DNA of 64,000 nt from Phycisphaerae bacterium (GTDB taxonomy: Bacteria; Planctomycetota; Phycisphaerae; Sedimentisphaerales; Anaerobacaceae), in contig JBGVTO010000195.1 in assembly GCA_041862635.1 (NCBI GenBank), positions 1,523 to 65,522 of the forward strand, read 5' to 3'. Below the pieces are notes generated by a model that saw nothing but the letters and a program-made list of their open reading frames with translations, made no database searches and was not told the DNA's origin. Of the stretch, positions 24,634 to 33,480 are shown in pieces. Position 1 is the first letter of the stretch. Every line of letters begins with the position of its first letter. A program made the position numbers and the translations under genes.

Positions 24634-26727
24634 ATGGACAAGAAAATCAAAGTAGCCTTGGCCGGCAACCCAAACAGTGGAAAAACCTCCATATTCAACA
24701 TGCTGACCGGCGCGCGCCAGCACGTTGGCAATTACCCCGGAGTAACAGTGGAAAAGAAAGAGGGCATCTGTAAATACGCCGGTTTCGAAATAACACTCGT
24801 TGATTTACCGGGGACTTACAGCTTAACGGCCTATTCTATAGAAGAGCTTGTTGCCCGTAACTTCATAATCGAGGAGCGTCCGGATGTTGTGGTTGATATT
24901 ATTGATGCCTCCAATATCGAACGGAACCTGTACCTTGCGACACAGCTTATTGAAATGAATGTGCCTCTGGTTCTGGCGTTCAATATGAGTGACATTGCCG
25001 AGCAAAAGGGTTTGAAGTTCGATATTGAACAATTGTCCAGGCTTTTGGAGGCGATGATAGTACCAACTGTCGGCAATAAGGGCAAAGGCAAAATAGAGCT
25101 GCTCGATGCCATTGTCGAAACAGCCCGGCAGGAAAATCTGCAGCGCACTCATAAGGTAAAGTACGGCGAGGAAATTGAGCATGAGCTGGCGGAAATCGAA
25201 TCACTCATCAATGATAAAGAGCAGCAGTTGGCAGAAAAGTACGGCTCACGATGGCTCGCCGTCAAACTGCTGGAGCAGGACTCTGATATAACCGCAAAAG
25301 TCCACAGCAAAGAGGTGCTTGATTCAATTACAGCCGGCACCGAGCATCTCAGGGGTATTTTCGGAGATGAGCCCGAAATCGTAATGGCGGATCGGCGGTA
25401 TGGTTTCATATCGGGTGCCTGTCAGGAGACTATCAAGAGCACAGTCGAATCGCGTCATAGCACCAGCGATATGATAGATGCAGTAGTAATAAATCGCATC
25501 CTGGGGCTGCCGATATTTCTGATATTGATGTATTTAGTCTTTTTTTCGACATTTAAGATCGGCGAATATCCGATGAGCTGGCTCGAGCAGTTTTTCGGCT
25601 GGGCTGGTAAAACGATAGCCGGCTTTTGGCCGACCGGCTCCGAGATCTGGCTTAGGTCTCTTTTGGTTGATGGCGTTATAGGGGGAGTAGGGGGGGTGCT
25701 TGTGTTCCTGCCGAATATCTTATTGCTGTTCCTGGCTATTGCGCTTCTTGAGGATTCAGGCTATATGGCAAGGGCCGCCTTCATTATGGACCGCGTAATG
25801 CACAAGATAGGCCTGCACGGCAAAAGCTTTATACCAATGCTTATCGGTTTCGGATGTTCGGTCCCGGCCATAATGGGCGCACGAATACTCGAAAACAAAC
25901 GCAACAGGTTTACGACAATAATGGTAATCCCCTTAATGAGCTGCGGCGCAAGGCTGACGATTTATGCGCTGATAATACCGGCTTTCTTCCCGGAAAAATG
26001 GCGCGGGCCAACGCTCTGGTTCATTTATTTGATAGGGATTGTGCTGGCGATTGTTTGCATTAAGGTTTTGCGATTGACCCTATTTAAGGGCGAAACTACG
26101 CCGTTCGTTATGGAGCTGCCGCCTTACCGTATGCCTACCCTCAAATCCGTCTGTATTCACATGTGGCATAGAGGCTGGATGTATTTGAGAAAGGCCGGCA
26201 CAATAATCCTCGCCATATCGATTATACTCTGGGCGGCGGGCAGTTACCCGAAACCGAGCGAACAGTCTTTGACAGGATTGAGTACCGAGCAGGCAAGGCA
26301 AGCCGGATTGGAGTATTCGCTGGTTGGCCGATTAGGACGAACAATAGAGCCTGCTTTGAAGCCGCTTGGCTTCGACTGGAAAATCGGAACGGCCCTTATC
26401 GGTGCAACCGCCGCCAAAGAGGTGTTTGTATCACAATTAGCAATAGTATATGCCGTTGGTTCACACCGGGCGGGGGGGGTTGGCGGCGCTGAGGAAAAAG
26501 CGCAGAGTTTAAGGGAAAAATTGCAGGCGAACTATACGCCGTTGACGGGTTTTTGTATTATGTTGTTTTGCCTGATTGCCACCCCGTGTGTAGCGACCAT
26601 TGCAATGACAAAACAGGAAACAAATTCCTGGGCCTGGGCGCTGTTCCAATTCTTCGGCCTGACCGCTTTAGCTTATGTGATAACGCTAATCGTTTATCAG
26701 CTCGGCAGCTTTTTCGGGTGTGGCTAA
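24634..26727 (+). CDS. feoB: ferrous iron transporter B
   Basis: N-terminal G-domain GNPNSGKTSIFN, DLPGTYSL, plus a large polytopic C-terminal domain. 697 aa. Confidence 0.95.
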   Translation: MDKKIKVALAGNPNSGKTSIFNMLTGARQHVGNYPGVTVEKKEGICKYAGFEITLVDLPGTYSLTAYSIEELVARNFIIEERPDVVVDIIDASNIERNLYLATQLIEMNVPLVLAFNMSDIAEQKGLKFDIEQLSRLLEAMIVPTVGNKGKGKIELLDAIVETARQENLQRTHKVKYGEEIEHELAEIESLINDKEQQLAEKYGSRWLAVKLLEQDSDITAKVHSKEVLDSITAGTEHLRGIFGDEPEIVMADRRYGFISGACQETIKSTVESRHSTSDMIDAVVINRILGLPIFLILMYLVFFSTFKIGEYPMSWLEQFFGWAGKTIAGFWPTGSEIWLRSLLVDGVIGGVGGVLVFLPNILLLFLAIALLEDSGYMARAAFIMDRVMHKIGLHGKSFIPMLIGFGCSVPAIMGARILENKRNRFTTIMVIPLMSCGARLTIYALIIPAFFPEKWRGPTLWFIYLIGIVLAIVCIKVLRLTLFKGETTPFVMELPPYRMPTLKSVCIHMWHRGWMYLRKAGTIILAISIILWAAGSYPKPSEQSLTGLSTEQARQAGLEYSLVGRLGRTIEPALKPLGFDWKIGTALIGATAAKEVFVSQLAIVYAVGSHRAGGVGGAEEKAQSLREKLQANYTPLTGFCIMLFCLIATPCVATIAMTKQETNSWAWALFQFFGLTALAYVITLIVYQLGSFFGCG

Positions 26728-26753
26728 TTCTTCTGGCAACACGGGATGGCTTG

Positions 26754-26784
26754 CCCCGTTAGAGTGCCTTATACTCTAATGGGG
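26754..26784. repeat. CCCCGTTAGA-type palindromic hairpin downstream of feoB
   Basis: CCCCGTTAGAGT / ACTCTAATGGGG 12-bp stem (one G-T pair) with a 7-nt loop. Confidence 0.75.
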
Positions 26785-26822
26785 TCATTGCGAGCACCTC
26801 ACCGGGTTCGCAGGAGGAATGT
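26784..26822 (+). repeat. GTCATTGCGAG-type element, 5' part
   Basis: Begins with GTCATTGCGAGC immediately after the 26754 hairpin. Confidence 0.45.
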
Positions 26823-26920
26823 AAAATAAACTAAGATATTGGCTGAATTACGATAACATCATTCTATTACAACAATTACAGATAACATCGTGCCCAATGT
26901 GATTGCTTAGTTCATTAGAA

Positions 26921-26964
26921 GGCCTCGTTTTGCTTTCGCGAGAAAACAGGGGGCCGAAGCAAGC
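26921..26964 (+). repeat. GTCATTGCGAG-type element, core/3' part
   Basis: GGCCTCGTTTTGCTTTCGCGAGAAAACAGGGGGCCGAAGCAAGC closely matches the cores at 42709 and 59895. Confidence 0.55.
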
Positions 26965-27085
26965 TGAACATTGACATTATTTAACATTACTCACGACTAC
27001 TTTTCTGGTATGATACGCAGCGACAAGCCCTGTTTAGCCTCTGCGCTGGTATCAGATTATGGTTCAATGTGAAGGAGGATGCGAT

Positions 27086-29950
27086 ATGAGAGGTAAATAT
27101 AGACCATATCATATTCTTAAGGTCGTTTTGTTGTCTATTGCTCTGGCTGATTTTTCCGCAAGCAATGCAAAAGCTAATGAAAACAGCAAGTACCTCAACG
27201 CCGTCCGCGAGTTTGCAAATAACGTGCTTAAATACGGTAGAGATAGCTACGGCCCCAAGCATACGCCTTTATTTGTCGACGGCTTAAACATCCACACCCA
27301 CGAACCGGTGAAGTGGATAGAGCCCAACGGCGACAGATGGATTTTATCTAACTTAGCTTGTCAGCAGAATTTACTCAGGATTTTGGACGGATTAACAATG
27401 ATTACAGGCGACCCGAAATACAAGAAGGCAGCAATGGAAGCGACTAAGTATGCCTTTGAAAACTTAAGGAGTCCGAACGGGTTGCTGTATTGGGGCGGGC
27501 ATGTGGCTTATGATGCACTGGCAGATGAAATATGTAAAGTCAGGGGCAACTATGTCCATGAATTGAAACACCATTTTCCTTACTACGAGCTAATGTGGCA
27601 GGTAGATTCAAAGGTGACGAGACAGTTTATTGAAGCTTTTTGGTCAGCTCATATCTTTGACTGGTCAAATCTGGACATGAATCGACACGGCTCTTTGGAC
27701 GAGCAGTTGGAGAAGGCATGGGAGCACAATTACGACGGTGGACCTATTTTTTTCAGGAGCAGAATACCTTATGGATTATCCTTTCACAACACCGGGAGTG
27801 ATTTGTTCTATGCCGGAACATTACTTCATAGACTCTCTGGTAATACAGAGCCACTGGTTTGGAGCAAGCGTTTGGCCCACCGTTACGTAGAGACGAGGGA
27901 CTCCGAGGTAGGCATCAGTGGAGGACTCTACAATTGGACGGACCGCATACAGCCTCTGTTTGGGGATGATTTCAAAGGACATCCTGTCCACGAAGGAACA
28001 TTATTTCCTGCTATGGTCCTAAGCCCTCTCTCGTTGACTTTACAATTTAGGGGATGGATTTGTCAATTCATTCTTGGAGACCTGTTGGGGTCTGAAGGTA
28101 CAGAATTCAAGCAATGGGCTTTGGAAGAACTGACTGCTTGGGGTAAGGTCTCCTATCGTGAAGAAGGCAATTCTTTCGCACCTATGCTTACTGATGGTAC
28201 GAGCTTGCTGGGGTACACTTTCACGAGGGATGGTTATCCGGAATATCCTAAAGGTACAGTAGTTCCTGCGATGGAGGCCAGCCCCATATGCTTTTGGGCA
28301 TATGCCTTGGCATATAGGGTAACAGGAGATTCGTTTATGTGGGAAATGGCCCGTAGCATTGCACGAGGTAACAACTTTGGGGATATTGGCAACGGTCCCA
28401 CAGACCAGCCAGATATTGATACCAATATAGAATCATCGGACCCATATGCTATTCTGGGCTTTCTAGAACTATACGCTAAGCTGCACAAAGAACCTTTCTT
28501 GAAAATCGCATCGAGGATTGGAGACAAACTTTTGTCTGAGAGGCTTTATAAGGGATTCTTTGTGCCGGGTAATGAAGCTCTCTACGCCAAATTTGATTAT
28601 GTTGAGCCACTAGTGTTGTTACGTCTTGATGCTGCCGTTAATATAAGACCCACACTGGTACCGCAGGTCTGGCCGAGCAGGACATTTTTTGCCAGTGGAT
28701 ACGGCGCATTCGTGAGTCGAGAAGACACTTTCGTTATATATAGCCAGACTGCTCGAACTGAGTTGCCAATGTTATTGTTAATAGCAGCTTGGGAAGGTCG
28801 AGCCGATGAAGTGGAGACACTCATTTCAAAAGGGGTGGATGTAAACGCTCACTACGAATTTGACTCTTGGATAGTGCAGAGAATTCTAGGAGGCCGTGAG
28901 ACACGCGACATAGCGCTCGAGCGCATATTAGCTGATACCACCACGCCTATGCACCTCGCTGCAGAAAAAGGACATAGAGATATTGTGGCAGTGCTCGTCG
29001 CCAAAGGTGCGGACATAAATGCCAAGAATAATTATGACCAGACACCACTTGACGTCGCTCTTCAACGGAACCGTAATGATATTGTCAACCTGCTAATCGA
29101 AAAAAGTGCTGATGTCTCTATTCATACAGCAGCCCGATACGGATTGTTGGAGAAGCTTAAGGAGTTGATCGGTAAAGGAAGCAATGTCAATGCGAAGAAC
29201 AATGCTGGCGAAACAGCCTTGGATATTGCAATCCAAGAATATCGTCAGGATATAGCGAAACTCCTTGTTGACAAAGGAGCAGACGTATCGATCCACACAG
29301 CTGCCTTCATTGGCGACATCAATAAAGTCAAAACCTTTGTTGAAGATGGCAGCTCAGCTGACAAAGCCGATGCCAGCGGCCAAACGCCTTTGCATTATGC
29401 TACAGCTGGGAACCATAAAGCTATCGCAGAAATCCTTGTTTCGCACGGTGCCGATGTAAATGCCGTCGCAGGTACGTGGAGGACGCCACTGGATGTTGCT
29501 GCCCGAACAGGCAGCGTCGATATGGCGGAGTTTCTAATTGCTCATGGGGCAAACGTCGATGGTCGTGAAGGCCACTGGACTCCTCTTCAGGAAGCAGCGT
29601 ACTACAGCAAAGAAATGGTTGAGTTACTTCTTAGGCACGGGGCTAATATCAACACAGGCAAATGGACGGCTCTTCATAGTGCGCTTGATGCCGAGCGTTT
29701 TGACATAGTGGAATTGCTCTTGGCTAAAGGCGCAGATGCCAATATCAGGGATGGAAAAGGCCGCACGCCACTTCATATTGCAGCCTGGTATGCGGCCGGT
29801 AAGAATCCTAAGATAGTCGAACTACTCCTCTCTAAGGGAGCGGACATCAACGCAAAAGATAATAATGGTAAGACTGCCTTATTGTACGCTATAGAGAACG
29901 GCCACACCGAAATCGTTGAACTGCTGCGTAAGCACGGAGCTAAAGAATGA
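27086..29950 (+). CDS. secreted fusion protein: N-terminal domain of about 560 aa with uncertain fold (possibly alpha/alpha-barrel, pectate-lyase PL10-like) plus about 11 C-terminal ankyrin repeats
   Basis: GAAGGAGGA RBS 7 nt before ATG 27086. Signal peptide MRGKYRPYHILKVVLLSIALADFSASNA. C-terminal repeats with TPLH.AA..G....V.LL...GAD(V/I)NA. Confidence 0.85.
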   Translation: MRGKYRPYHILKVVLLSIALADFSASNAKANENSKYLNAVREFANNVLKYGRDSYGPKHTPLFVDGLNIHTHEPVKWIEPNGDRWILSNLACQQNLLRILDGLTMITGDPKYKKAAMEATKYAFENLRSPNGLLYWGGHVAYDALADEICKVRGNYVHELKHHFPYYELMWQVDSKVTRQFIEAFWSAHIFDWSNLDMNRHGSLDEQLEKAWEHNYDGGPIFFRSRIPYGLSFHNTGSDLFYAGTLLHRLSGNTEPLVWSKRLAHRYVETRDSEVGISGGLYNWTDRIQPLFGDDFKGHPVHEGTLFPAMVLSPLSLTLQFRGWICQFILGDLLGSEGTEFKQWALEELTAWGKVSYREEGNSFAPMLTDGTSLLGYTFTRDGYPEYPKGTVVPAMEASPICFWAYALAYRVTGDSFMWEMARSIARGNNFGDIGNGPTDQPDIDTNIESSDPYAILGFLELYAKLHKEPFLKIASRIGDKLLSERLYKGFFVPGNEALYAKFDYVEPLVLLRLDAAVNIRPTLVPQVWPSRTFFASGYGAFVSREDTFVIYSQTARTELPMLLLIAAWEGRADEVETLISKGVDVNAHYEFDSWIVQRILGGRETRDIALERILADTTTPMHLAAEKGHRDIVAVLVAKGADINAKNNYDQTPLDVALQRNRNDIVNLLIEKSADVSIHTAARYGLLEKLKELIGKGSNVNAKNNAGETALDIAIQEYRQDIAKLLVDKGADVSIHTAAFIGDINKVKTFVEDGSSADKADASGQTPLHYATAGNHKAIAEILVSHGADVNAVAGTWRTPLDVAARTGSVDMAEFLIAHGANVDGREGHWTPLQEAAYYSKEMVELLLRHGANINTGKWTALHSALDAERFDIVELLLAKGADANIRDGKGRTPLHIAAWYAAGKNPKIVELLLSKGADINAKDNNGKTALLYAIENGHTEIVELLRKHGAKE

Positions 29951-30164
29951 CGCCGCCGCACTGACTTGGGCTCCTTTGAGAAAAAGAGTCTAACTTGAAT
30001 ATTTAATGGCTTATTAGAGGTTTGTTCTTGCGGGAGCAAAAGGTCCCAGGAGCATTTTCTGACTCGGCCGCGAGGTTGCAGAGTCAGAGGGGACAGCCTA
30101 ATGATTGACAAAGCTTTTTCAGCTTTTTCCCTCTAATCCGCGGTTACTTACTATTGAACTATCA

Positions 30165-30295
30165 GTGTGAATCCGTGTCAACCTGTCCTGAGCTTGTCGA
30201 ACGGATCCGTGTCTAAAACGTCTGTGTCCGTCAGTGTCTTAAATGTCCGTGTCAGTCCGTGTCTCAAGAGTCTGTGTCAGTCCGTGTCTAACTCT
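30165..30295 (+). repeat. degenerate tandem words (G)TCCGTGTC / TCTGTGTC
   Basis: CCGTGTC occurs at 30173, 30207, 30246, 30256 and 30281. TCTGTGTC occurs at 30221 and 30270. Confidence 0.7.
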
Positions 30296-30331
30296 GTGGC
30301 TAAAAAAGTGCTTTTTTATTCATTTTTTTTG

Positions 30332-30370
30332 TTGACATTGTTTGATAATATGTTAAAATACACCTATATT
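30332..30370 (+). promoter_or_regulatory. two overlapping promoter candidates (TTGACA-16-TAAAAT; TTGATA-17-TATATT) facing the repeat island
   Basis: Hexamers at 30332-37/30354-59 and 30342-47/30365-70. Confidence 0.45.
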
Positions 30371-30477
30371 AGCCAGCAGGCTAACATAAACCGCCAGCAG
30401 GCGAAGATGACATTTCAGTTTGCATGTCGTAAGCTGCAGCGCAGCAAGCACTTAGAGCCAGCCCGGCCCAGATTCTT

Positions 30478-30601
30478 GAATCCAGTATCCAGTATCGAGT
30501 ATCCAGTATCGTGAATCCAGTATCGAGAATCCAGTATCGAGTATCCAGCAACCCTGTCCCGGCGCGCCGGGGTCGAGCATCAAGTATCGAGAATCGAGAA
30601 T
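30478..30601 (+). repeat. 14-nt tandem repeat CAGTATCGAG(A/T)ATC around palindrome CCCGGCGCGCCGGG
   Basis: Five or more units between 30482 and 30548, further degenerate units at 30575-30600, and a perfect 14-nt palindrome at 30557-30570. Confidence 0.75.
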
Positions 30602-30617
30602 CCCGCTTCTCTCCTCC

Positions 30618-30710
30618 AACTTTAGCTCACTTTAGTCACTTTAGGCACTTTAGTTCACTTTATTTTACTTTAGCTCACTTTAGGCACTTTAGCTCACTCT
30701 TCACTCTCTC
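30618..30710 (+). repeat. 9-10-nt tandem repeat CACTTTAG(N)(T)
   Basis: ACTTTAG occurs at 30619, 30629, 30638, 30647, 30667, 30677 and 30686. Confidence 0.8.
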
Positions 30711-30761
30711 GCCCCTCTACAACTGTCGAGAATCCTCTACAAATCACCTACTTTTTATGCA

Positions 30762-31100
30762 AAACAAACCCAATGTCAAGGACGCTCATATTAACGTAAA
30801 CTCTTATATGAAAGTTAAATATGAAAATTTGGACACTTGGCTAAGTGGAAAAAACAAAGCCAATTCAAACCCAAACAAACCCAATTTCCAAAAAGCCAAA
30901 ATGAATGTAAACTCATTTATAACAAAGGATTACAGAAAAAACGATGATTTTATAGTCCGAATAAACAAACCCAATTCAAACCCAATTTTCTTAAGGACAA
31001 AAACGAACGCAATCCTCTTTACCGCAAAGGATTATGAAAATGAAACCGCTCTCAGGCCCCAAAAAAACAAACCCAATTCAAACCCAATTTCTTCAAAGGC
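30762..31100 (+). repeat. tandem units of about 100 nt, each starting AAACAAACCCAAT(TCAAACCCAAT)
   Basis: Unit starts at 30762, 30852, 30963 and 31065 (spacing 90, 111 and 102 nt). Shared inner words GTAAACTC and AAAGGATTA(C/T). Confidence 0.75.
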
Positions 31101-31288
31101 CAAAATCTATTGCCGGAAAAACTGGCCACACTCGCTTGGCAGTTTCATAACAGGATAGGACAATATTACAAAATTAGAGTTGAGCATTATTTCTTAGCTG
31201 GACTATGGATACAGGGAGATGAACCGGGTAGAATGCAAGTATGAAAAATTATTTTTTAGGATTGAGCCTTTGAGTAGGAGGATTCAAT

Positions 31289-32236
31289 ATGTCGAACGAT
31301 ACAATTTCTCGTCGAAGGTTCGTCAAAGATTTGGCAATAGCAGGGGGGGCGATTGTAATGGGAGCCCAGTCCCTCGGCGCAGCCCAACGCAGGCAGGCCG
31401 GCAAGCTGCACCTGGCCTGCAACCAGTACCCCTGGACCGTCTTCTATCAGCGTGACAACCGCAATTTCAATAACGAACTGGACAAGGGACTTGGCGAGCT
31501 TGCGGCCAGCGGAATGGATGGCTACGAGCCGCTCGCCAATAATCCGCAGGAAGTTGACCGCCTTGGACCGCTATTAAAGAAACACAATCTCCAAATGCGC
31601 TCGCTGTACGTCAACAGTGTCCTGCACGAGAAGGATAAGGCCGATGAGAGCATCGAAGCAGTGTTGGCTATCGCCGAAAAGGCAAAAGGTATCGGCACTA
31701 AAATCATCGTTACCAACCCAAGTCCAATCCGCTGGGGCGGGCCTCAGAACAAGAATGATGTTCAGCTAAAAGTTCAGGCCGAGGCCCTTGAGAAATTAGG
31801 CCGTCTATTACAGGAGATGGGATTGACTCTCTCGTACCACAACCATGATATCGAATTGCGCAACGCCGCCCGCGAGTTTCATCACATGATGCTCGGCACC
31901 GACCCTGAGAGCGTAAACCTGTGCCTCGATGCCCACTGGATTTATCGCGGCGCAGGCAACTCTGCCGTAGCCCTCTTCGACGTCCTGAAGCTTTACGGCC
32001 CAAGAATCACTGAGCTGCATCTTCGCCAGTCTAAGGACAACATCTGGACCGAGACCTTAGGCGAGGGCGACATCGACTACCCGGCCCTCGCAAGACATCT
32101 GCTTGATATCGGTGTAAAGCCCCACATCGTCCTCGAACAGGCCGTAGAAGCTGGCTCACCCAAAACAATGAGCACCATCGACGCCTTCAAAAAAAGCGCC
32201 CAATACGCCCGCCGCATCTTCGCCGGCTTTGCATAA
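31289..32236 (+). CDS. sugar phosphate isomerase/epimerase (xylose-isomerase-like TIM barrel) with twin-arginine signal
   Basis: SRRRFVKDLAIAGGAIVMGAQSLGA Tat-like leader. AP-endonuclease-2/xylose-isomerase-like TIM-barrel pattern. GGAGGA RBS. Confidence 0.8.
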   Translation: MSNDTISRRRFVKDLAIAGGAIVMGAQSLGAAQRRQAGKLHLACNQYPWTVFYQRDNRNFNNELDKGLGELAASGMDGYEPLANNPQEVDRLGPLLKKHNLQMRSLYVNSVLHEKDKADESIEAVLAIAEKAKGIGTKIIVTNPSPIRWGGPQNKNDVQLKVQAEALEKLGRLLQEMGLTLSYHNHDIELRNAAREFHHMMLGTDPESVNLCLDAHWIYRGAGNSAVALFDVLKLYGPRITELHLRQSKDNIWTETLGEGDIDYPALARHLLDIGVKPHIVLEQAVEAGSPKTMSTIDAFKKSAQYARRIFAGFA

Positions 32237-32356
32237 TCTCCGGCGTAGCTGGTTTTGCTCAGGATATTATTCTTAGGGTTAATTTTTTGTTAAGGACGGT
32301 TCATATTTTAATCCGGCCTTTTCCCCCTTGTGGAATTTGATTTGACAGGTGTTTTT

Positions 32357-32683
32357 ATGGAGATTAGACTACTCCTTATGACAAAGCAGGAAATTAAAGA
32401 CAAATTATTAGAAGCTGTCAAGAATGACCCCCATCTGGCTGATATTAAATCTGTAGCGATTTTTGGCTCCCACGTTATCGGCACGCCGAGCGAAGATAGT
32501 GATGTGGATGTGTTAATAGACTTTGTCCCGACCGCGGTTATAGGTTTTTTCGCGCTGTCAGACATAAAGGATAACTTTGAGTCTTTCCTTAAAAAGACGG
32601 TTGACCTGCTTACTCCAGAAGCAATAAGCAAATATTTCAGAGACGAAGTTCTCGCTCAGTCTGAGTACGTTTATGAGAAATGA
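32357..32683 (+). CDS. MNT-type nucleotidyltransferase antitoxin
   Basis: IFGSHVIGTPSEDSDVDVLIDF (GS...DxD) minimal nucleotidyltransferase motif. Alternative start at 32378. Confidence 0.8.
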   Translation: MEIRLLLMTKQEIKDKLLEAVKNDPHLADIKSVAIFGSHVIGTPSEDSDVDVLIDFVPTAVIGFFALSDIKDNFESFLKKTVDLLTPEAISKYFRDEVLAQSEYVYEK

Positions 32684-33002
32684 CAGAGCCTATTTAATCC
32701 ACATTCGAGAAGCCATCGAAAGTATCGAAGAATACCTCGAAAACGTAACCTATCACAAGTTTACGTCCAACAAAATGATTATAGATGCTGTCGTAAGGGA
32801 GCTGGAGATAGTCGGTGAAGCCTCAAACAATCTCAGTGATGAGTTTCGCGAGAACCATCCGGAGATACTTTGGCGGAAAATGAAGAATATGAGAAACTTC
32901 CTTATACACGAGTATTTTGGCGTTAATACAAAGATCGTGTGGAGCACCTGCAAAGAAGACCTGCCAAAACTCAAAAAACTGATTAAAGATTTACTGGATT
33001 AG
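32673..33002 (+). CDS. HepT-like (DUF86) RNase toxin
   Basis: R-X4-H-X-Y motif (RNFLIHEY). 109 aa. 11-nt overlap with the upstream MNT gene. Confidence 0.85.
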   Translation: MRNDRAYLIHIREAIESIEEYLENVTYHKFTSNKMIIDAVVRELEIVGEASNNLSDEFRENHPEILWRKMKNMRNFLIHEYFGVNTKIVWSTCKEDLPKLKKLIKDLLD

Positions 33003-33086
33003 CTCTATATGAATATGTGACCACCCGGTTTGGCAAAGAAAGAAAACTCCGCGTAAATTGCAAATTAAGCATTTTGAAATCGCCGA

Positions 33087-33308
33087 TTATTCACAGGTTG
33101 TATTGTCTGTCTCCGGTATCGGCTCGTGGGCCTTTCGGTTATAGACTTTCTCGTAGGCTTTACAGGCGGGGCAAAAGCCTGATTCGACTTTTTTAACGAA
33201 CCAAAAGGCAAGCCCTTTTTGCTTTTCACGTGCGCGTTTGCAGAGAAAACATTCAAGGCACTGTTTGGCCCTCCCGCGGTCCTCATCGGTAATGCCTTCG
33301 GTTTGCAT
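33087..33308 (-). CDS. small Cys-rich (CxxCxxC...CxxC) protein
   Basis: 73-aa ORF with an AGGAAC RBS-like sequence. Competes with the overlapping ORF 33065..33286. Confidence 0.4.
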   Translation of the reverse strand: MQTEGITDEDRGRAKQCLECFLCKRAREKQKGLAFWFVKKVESGFCPACKAYEKVYNRKAHEPIPETDNTTCE

Positions 33309-33344
33309 AATTTGTTCCTGTCAAACTAAAACCTTAATATATTG

Positions 33345-33416
33345 AGATTGCCGCGTCGTCCCGCACCAATTAGGCGTGAGCCTAAGCTCAATTGGTGCGG
33401 GATTCCTCGCAATGAC
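33345..33416 (-). repeat. GTCATTGCGAG-type palindromic element (reverse orientation)
   Basis: Reverse complement reads GTCATTGCGAGGAATCCCGCACCAATTG...CAATTGGTGCGGGACGACGCGGCAATCTC. Confidence 0.7.
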
Positions 33417-33480
33417 AATCTCGTGCTGCGTAATGCACACAGCTTATAAACAAAACTCCTGAGCCGCTTTCGCTATGGAA

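Noticed and set aside
30762-31100. Regularly spaced AAACAAACCCAAT(TCAAACCCAAT) repeats that could be mistaken for a CRISPR array.
   Set aside because: The period is about 100 nt, not 60-75 nt. The 'spacers' are themselves partly conserved between units. There are only about 3.5 units, the repeats are not palindromic, and no cas genes are present.
30167-31158. Two long ORFs (115 and 215 aa) that tile the repeat island.
   Set aside because: They are made almost entirely of tandem DNA words, contain the promoter itself, and lack an RBS. Their peptides are low-complexity (SVSV..., HFSHFRHFSS..., NKPNSNP...). I did not call them CDS. The in-frame unit lengths (90, 111, 102 nt) kept the question open, so the region is reported as a finding instead.
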